DNA of 48,141 nucleotides from Escherichia virus Lambda_4B5: sequence record LR595863.1; one strand, 5' to 3'. Shown piece by piece: positions 43,717 to 48,141 of this stretch (position 1 is its first letter; each line of letters starts with the position of its first letter). The notes under the pieces were generated by a model. It saw only the letters and a program-made list of their open reading frames with translations, ran no database searches and was not told where the DNA came from. The position numbers and the translations under genes were made by a program.

Positions 43717-44676
43717 ATGATAAAAAAACCTGTCGTTGGGATCAGTGGTTGTTTGGCCGGTTCTTCTGTCCGTTTTGATGGTGGTCACAAAAGAGCTAGC
43801 TTTTTAATGGACAAATTACTGGAATGGGTAACATTCAAACCAGTATGTCCGGAAATGGCTATAGGGCTTCCAGTTCCGCGTCCTGCTCTACGTCTTGTTC
43901 GCTCGGCGCAAGGAAATATACGGATGTGTTTCAGCCACGACCAGAATGAGGATGTTACAGAGAAAATGACAGAGTTTAGTCGTTCTTATCTTGACAAATT
44001 AAAGGATGTATCGGGATTTGTGGTTTGTGCAAAATCTCCTAGCTGTGGTATGGAACGCGTGCGTGTATATGATGAAAATGGTAATCGTGGTCGTAAAGAT
44101 GGAGTGGGACTATTTACGAGCACGTTGATGGAAAGGTTTTCCTGGCTACCGGTTGAAGAGGATGGGCGACTACATGATCCAGTGCTTCGTGAAAACTTTG
44201 TTGAAAGAGTATTTGCTTTACATGAGCTCAATCATCTTTATAAAGCGAAATTATCAAGAAGGGAATTATTAGCTTTTCATAGCCGTTATAAGCTTCAGTT
44301 GTTGGCGCATAGCCAGGCCGGTTATAAAGAGATGGGGCCATTTGTGGCTGCAATACATGAGTGGGCAGACCTTGAATCATACTTTGAGGTGTATCGTGAG
44401 AAGCTGATGGCGATTCTCAGAAAACCTGCATCACGTAAAAATCACACGAATGTGCTGATGCATATACAGGGATATTTTAGTAACTGCTTAAATACACGTC
44501 AGCGTAAAGAGTTGAGCGATGTTATACTTAACTATCGAGCTGGCACGCTACCTCTTCTTGCGCCATTAACTTTGCTGAAGCATTACTTGGCAGAGTATCC
44601 TGATGATTATTTGCTTATACAGAATTACTTCCACCCCTATCCTGATGAACTGGCTCTAAGACTCTTGGTGAACTAG
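43717..44676 (+). CDS. DUF523 (TudS-like) / DUF1722 (YbgA-like) fusion protein
   Basis: 319-aa protein with N-terminal Cys-containing region GISGCLAG...CPE and YbgA-like C-terminal half; family assignment from memory only. Confidence 0.55.
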   Translation: MIKKPVVGISGCLAGSSVRFDGGHKRASFLMDKLLEWVTFKPVCPEMAIGLPVPRPALRLVRSAQGNIRMCFSHDQNEDVTEKMTEFSRSYLDKLKDVSGFVVCAKSPSCGMERVRVYDENGNRGRKDGVGLFTSTLMERFSWLPVEEDGRLHDPVLRENFVERVFALHELNHLYKAKLSRRELLAFHSRYKLQLLAHSQAGYKEMGPFVAAIHEWADLESYFEVYREKLMAILRKPASRKNHTNVLMHIQGYFSNCLNTRQRKELSDVILNYRAGTLPLLAPLTLLKHYLAEYPDDYLLIQNYFHPYPDELALRLLVN

Positions 44677-44994
44677 GCGTTTGGAATGCACCAACAAGAT
44701 GATTTTCTCCTTAGAGAATGTTTACAATCGTAAAAACTTCACTATGATATCTATAGTTGTACAGTTTGTAAAAAAATTCGGTTCATGCTTAAGGTAATGT
44801 TAATATGTTAATTAATGATTAATAATCAAGCAAGCCAAAAATAGTTCTGTTTAATCTAGTATTACATAAATATTTTAAAGAAAATATCAAAGTTCATGAT
44901 GATATAATGAGATTTTTCTCATTGAAAATATGGCAATTTTAATATTTCCACCTATACTTACTTAACTCAAATCTAATTATGTCAGGTGGATGGT

Positions 44995-45726
44995 ATGCCA
45001 TGCATATGTTCTATCATTTTGGTTTTGAACTCGTTTGATATCCGGCTTGGTAAAGAAAAAATCTCTCTAAAAAAAGGAAGTGTTGTTGCTATAGAATACA
45101 ATTTAAAAGTTTTCTTTTCTTCAAATAAAGATAATATAATGATCGTGGATATTGAAGAGAAAACAGTTAATGACTTCTTTAAAAACAATACACTCTCACC
45201 TTTTTCTGTAAGAAGATTTTATTCAGCATACTTGATAGTAAACTGTACAGACTATTCATTGTTAAAGAACTTGATAGGTTGCTTGAATTGTGATGGTGAA
45301 ACTACGGCTGTAGTTAAAAATTCAATATTATTTGCATGTCTTGCTATTTTATCCTCGGAAAAAATGTTTCAGAGTTTTTTGTTTGGGTGTCTTAATAGTT
45401 TAGGAAGCAAAGTTAAGGCTATTATTCACTCGGACATATCTGCAGCATGGAGACTTTGTGATATTTCTTCAAGACTATGTCTGAGTGAAAGTTTGTTAAA
45501 AAGAAAACTAAAACACGAAGGCTTATCATTTAGCAAATTAATTCTTGAAGAACGAATGGTGATGGCTGAAAGGTTATTAAGCTACAATTTCTATCCTGTT
45601 GGGAAAGTTGCTAAAATATGTGGTTATGAAAGCGCGTCATATTTTATAAGTGTTTTCAGAAGATATTTTGGTGTTCCCCCCCATGAATATTCATCAAGAT
45701 TTTTTTTAGAAAAAGGCAAGATGTAA
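44995..45726 (+). CDS. AraC/XylS-family transcriptional regulator (GadX / YdeO / AppY-like)
   Basis: C-terminal double HTH (WRLCDISSRLCLSESLLKRKLKHEGLSFSKLILEERMVMAERLL...ICGYESASYFISVFRRYFGVPPHEY); very AT-rich; start uncertain (GTG 44986 or ATG 44995). Confidence 0.8.
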   Translation: MPCICSIILVLNSFDIRLGKEKISLKKGSVVAIEYNLKVFFSSNKDNIMIVDIEEKTVNDFFKNNTLSPFSVRRFYSAYLIVNCTDYSLLKNLIGCLNCDGETTAVVKNSILFACLAILSSEKMFQSFLFGCLNSLGSKVKAIIHSDISAAWRLCDISSRLCLSESLLKRKLKHEGLSFSKLILEERMVMAERLLSYNFYPVGKVAKICGYESASYFISVFRRYFGVPPHEYSSRFFLEKGKM

Positions 45727-45893
45727 CGTGATGCGTTTTGATGATTTTGTAATTTTCATATTTGATGATTATATGATGCTTTCAGCTACGCCAGAATAAT
45801 CGCTGGCGTTTTTCTTTTCTAATGTAACTTCTGTATCTTTCCCTCTTTCATTCCAAACCGTGTACACCATCCGTTATTCGCGGAGGTGAGGCT

Positions 45894-46109
45894 ATGAAAT
45901 CCATGGACAAGTTAACAACGGGCATTGCCTACGGCACCTCTGCAGGCAGTGCTGGCTACTGGTTTTTACAGTGGCTTGATCAGGTCAGTCCGTCACAGTG
46001 GGCGGCGATTGGAGTGCTTGGAAGCCTTGTGTTGGGTTTTCTCACTTATCTGACAAACCTTTATTTCAAGATTAAAGAAGATAAGCGTAAGGCTGCGAGA
46101 GGTGAATAA
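45894..46109 (+). CDS. S: Pinholin S21 (dual-start holin/antiholin)
   Basis: [71 protein letters not shown] matches phage 21 S; Met1 and Met4 dual-start arrangement. Confidence 0.9.
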   Translation: MKSMDKLTTGIAYGTSAGSAGYWFLQWLDQVSPSQWAAIGVLGSLVLGFLTYLTNLYFKIKEDKRKAARGE

Positions 46110-46606
46110 TGTCGCCATCATTACGCAAGGCTGTAGCAGCTGCTATTGGTGGTGGGGCTGTTGCCATAGCGTCTGTGCTCATCACTGGTCCGAGTGGTGA
46201 CGATGGTCTGGAAGGTGTCAGCTACATACCATATAAAGATATTGTTGGTGTATGGACTGTATGTCACGGGCATACAGGAAAAGACATCATGCTCGGTAAA
46301 ACGTATACCAAAGCAGAATGCAAAGCACTCTTGAATAAAGACCTTGCCACTGTCGCCAGACAAATTAACCCGTACATCAAAGTCGATATACCGGAAACAA
46401 CGCGCGGCGCTCTTTACTCATTCGTTTACAACGTGGGTGCTGGCAATTTCAGAACATCGACGCTTCTTCGCAAAATAAACCAGGGCGATATCAAAGGCGC
46501 ATGTGATCAGTTACGTCGCTGGACATATGCTGGCGGTAAGCAATGGAAAGGTCTCATGACTCGTCGTGAGATTGAGCGTGAAATCTGTTTGTGGGGTCAG
46601 CAATGA
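46109..46606 (+). CDS. R: SAR endolysin (signal-anchor-release lysozyme) R21
   Basis: N-terminal Gly/Ala-rich SAR domain ([20 protein letters not shown]) followed by a lysozyme-like domain. Confidence 0.9.
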   Translation: MSPSLRKAVAAAIGGGAVAIASVLITGPSGDDGLEGVSYIPYKDIVGVWTVCHGHTGKDIMLGKTYTKAECKALLNKDLATVARQINPYIKVDIPETTRGALYSFVYNVGAGNFRTSTLLRKINQGDIKGACDQLRRWTYAGGKQWKGLMTRREIEREICLWGQQ

Positions 46607-47064
46607 ACAGAGTAACCGCGATTATCTCCGCTCTGGTTATCTGCATCATCGTCTGCCTGTCATGGGCTGTTAATCATTACCGTGATAACGCCATTACCTA
46701 CAAAGCCCAGCGCGACAAAAATGCCAGAGAACTGAAGCTGGCGAACGCGGCAATTACTGACATGCAGATGCGTCAGCGTGATGTTGCTGCGCTCGATGCA
46801 AAATACACGAAGGAGTTAGCTGATGCGAAAGCTGAAAATGATGCTCTGCGTGATGATGTTGCCGCTGGTCGTCGTCGGTTGCACATCAAAGCAGTCTGTC
46901 AGTCAGTGCGTGAAGCCACCACCGCCTCCGGCGTGGATAATGCAGCCTCCCCCCGACTGGCAGACACCGCTGAACGGGATTATTTCACCCTCAGAGAGAG
47001 GCTGATCACGATGCAAAAACAACTGGAAGGAACCCAGAAGTATATTAATGAGCAGTGCAGATAG
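46603..47064 (+). CDS. Rz: i-spanin Rz
   Basis: N-terminal TM anchor then coiled-coil periplasmic domain; ATGA overlap with R; contains embedded Rz1. Confidence 0.85.
   Translation: MNRVTAIISALVICIIVCLSWAVNHYRDNAITYKAQRDKNARELKLANAAITDMQMRQRDVAALDAKYTKELADAKAENDALRDDVAAGRRRLHIKAVCQSVREATTASGVDNAASPRLADTAERDYFTLRERLITMQKQLEGTQKYINEQCR
46823..47005 (+). CDS. Rz1: o-spanin Rz1 (lipoprotein embedded in +1 frame of Rz)
   Basis: 60-aa ORF with lipobox LVVVGC and Pro-rich mature region, nested inside Rz. Confidence 0.8.
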   Translation: MRKLKMMLCVMMLPLVVVGCTSKQSVSQCVKPPPPPAWIMQPPPDWQTPLNGIISPSERG

Positions 47065-47095
47065 AGCTGCCCATATCGATGGGCAACTCATGCAA

Positions 47096-47389
47096 TTATT
47101 GTGAGCAATAGACACGCGCTTCCAGCGGAGTATAAATGCCTAAAGTAATAAAACCGAGCAATCCATTTACGAATGTTTGCTGGGTTTCTGTTTTAACAAC
47201 ATTTTCTGCGCCGCCACAAATTTTGGCTGCATCAACAGTTTTCTCCTGTCCAATTCCCGAAACGAAGAAGTGATGGGTGATGGTTTCCTTTGGTGTTACT
47301 GCTGTCGGTTTGTTTCCAACAGTAAACGTCTGTTGAGCACATCCTGTAATAAGCATTGCCAGAGCGGCAGAAAACAACATTTTTTTCAT
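47096..47389 (-). CDS. bor: Bor lipoprotein (serum-resistance, Iss-like)
   Basis: MKKMLFSAALAMLITGCAQQTFTV... matches lambda Bor; start at internal Met of the tool ORF. Confidence 0.88.
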   Translation of the reverse strand: MKKMLFSAALAMLITGCAQQTFTVGNKPTAVTPKETITHHFFVSGIGQEKTVDAAKICGGAENVVKTETQQTFVNGLLGFITLGIYTPLEARVYCSQ

Positions 47390-47748
47390 CTTATTATCCT
47401 GCATTGTTAAAAACGGCAGAATCCTATGTGACAACAATTAAACGATAGTTAAATGGATTGATGAAAATTAAAACTATATAGGTGGATGCTCAGCCTATTG
47501 GAGGAGGGGGGCACTCAGAATCCTGTGGAATGAAATAAACCGCTCTTTCTGTCCATTACCCTTTTAGCTGCGCTGTATCGTCGCCGTATTCCCGCATTAA
47601 CCATGACCGTAGCCCGACGGGGAATTCCTTCTGCGTGAGTGTGCGGGAATAATCAAAAACGATGCACACCGGGTTTTACTGTGCTGACAGACGCAGGGTT
47701 ACCCTCATAGTCGCTTTTCCGGTGCGATGGTGGAAGAAACCGGGATGT

Positions 47749-47943
47749 TTATTCATCATCACTTTGGATTGATGTACATGCTCTCTTTTCTGACGTTAGT
47801 CTCCGACGGCAGGCTTCAATGACCCAGGCTGAGAAATTCCCAGACCCTTTTTGCTCAAGAGCGATGTTAATTTGTTCAATCATTTGGTTAGGAAAGCGGA
47901 TGTTGCGGGTTGTTGTTCTGCGGGTTCTGTTCTTAGTTGACAT
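47749..47943 (-). CDS. Hypothetical small basic protein, possible ribbon-helix-helix DNA binder
   Basis: 64-aa ORF with Arg-rich N-terminus and RHH-like segment (RFPNQMIEQINIALEQ). Confidence 0.5.
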   Translation of the reverse strand: MSTKNRTRRTTTRNIRFPNQMIEQINIALEQKGSGNFSAWVIEACRRRLTSEKRACTSIQSDDE

Positions 47944-47989
47944 GAGGTTGCCCCGTATTCAGTGTCGCTGATTTGTATTGTCTGAAGTT

Positions 47990-48141
47990 GTTTTTACGTT
48001 AAGTTGATGCAGATCAATTAATACGATACCTGCGTCATAATTGATTATTTGACGTGGTTTGATGGCGTAGATGCACGTTGTGACATGTAGATGATAATTA
48101 TTATCATTTTGTGGGTCCTTTCCGGCGATCCGACAGGTTAC
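47990..48141. other. cos: Right cohesive-end region (cosQ / cosN right half)
   Basis: Ends ...TCCTTTCCGGCGATCCGACAGGTTAC, matching the lambda right end minus its final G, which appears as base 1 of the window. Confidence 0.8.

Noticed and set aside
44677-44985. Searched the AT-rich gap before the AraC-like gene (and the rest of the post-Q region) for tRNA genes
   Set aside because: No GC-rich cloverleaf-like segment or T-arm GTTCGAAT-type motif found; no tRNA can be supported
48060-48110. Fur-box-like palindrome GATGATAATTATTATCATT near the right end
   Set aside because: Position matches the conserved lambda right-end sequence upstream of cosN; probably packaging-related, not a metalloregulator site

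Overview
The window reads as a complete, cos-to-cos genome of a lambda-like temperate siphovirus (about 48.1 kb) in virion orientation. All calls are from reading the ORF translations and DNA by eye against remembered lambda, P22, phage 21 and E. coli protein sequences; no searches were run. Layout: left cos; lambda-type packaging, head and tail genes nu1 through J (191..19003, + strand); an IS4 copy inserted into the terminator hairpin between J and the side tail fibre gene stf; stf plus two small unknown genes; a sitABCD Mn/Fe ABC-transporter operon (- strand) with MntR and Fur boxes; an IS3-family transposase fragment; an AT-rich orphan ORF; attP carrying a 3' fragment of icd with arm-type repeats; int and xis (phage 21/e14-like, icd-targeting); lambda Red genes exo, bet, gam, kil, cIII, ea10; sieB; a P22-type N with P22-type nutL and nutR; cI with an unknown 299-aa membrane protein in the rexAB position; cro, cII, O (with ori iterons), P, ren; a nin region with an orphan N6-adenine methyltransferase, rusA and ylcG; an 82/DLP12-type Q; a post-Q cargo island (blc-like lipocalin, DUF523/DUF1722 protein, AraC-family regulator); a phage 21-type lysis cassette (pinholin, SAR endolysin, Rz/Rz1); bor; right cos. 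No rRNA, tRNA or CRISPR array was seen. The best candidates for an undescribed system are the rex-position membrane protein (35754..36653), the orphan ORF beside attP (27333..28103) and the two small genes after stf (22520..23104).
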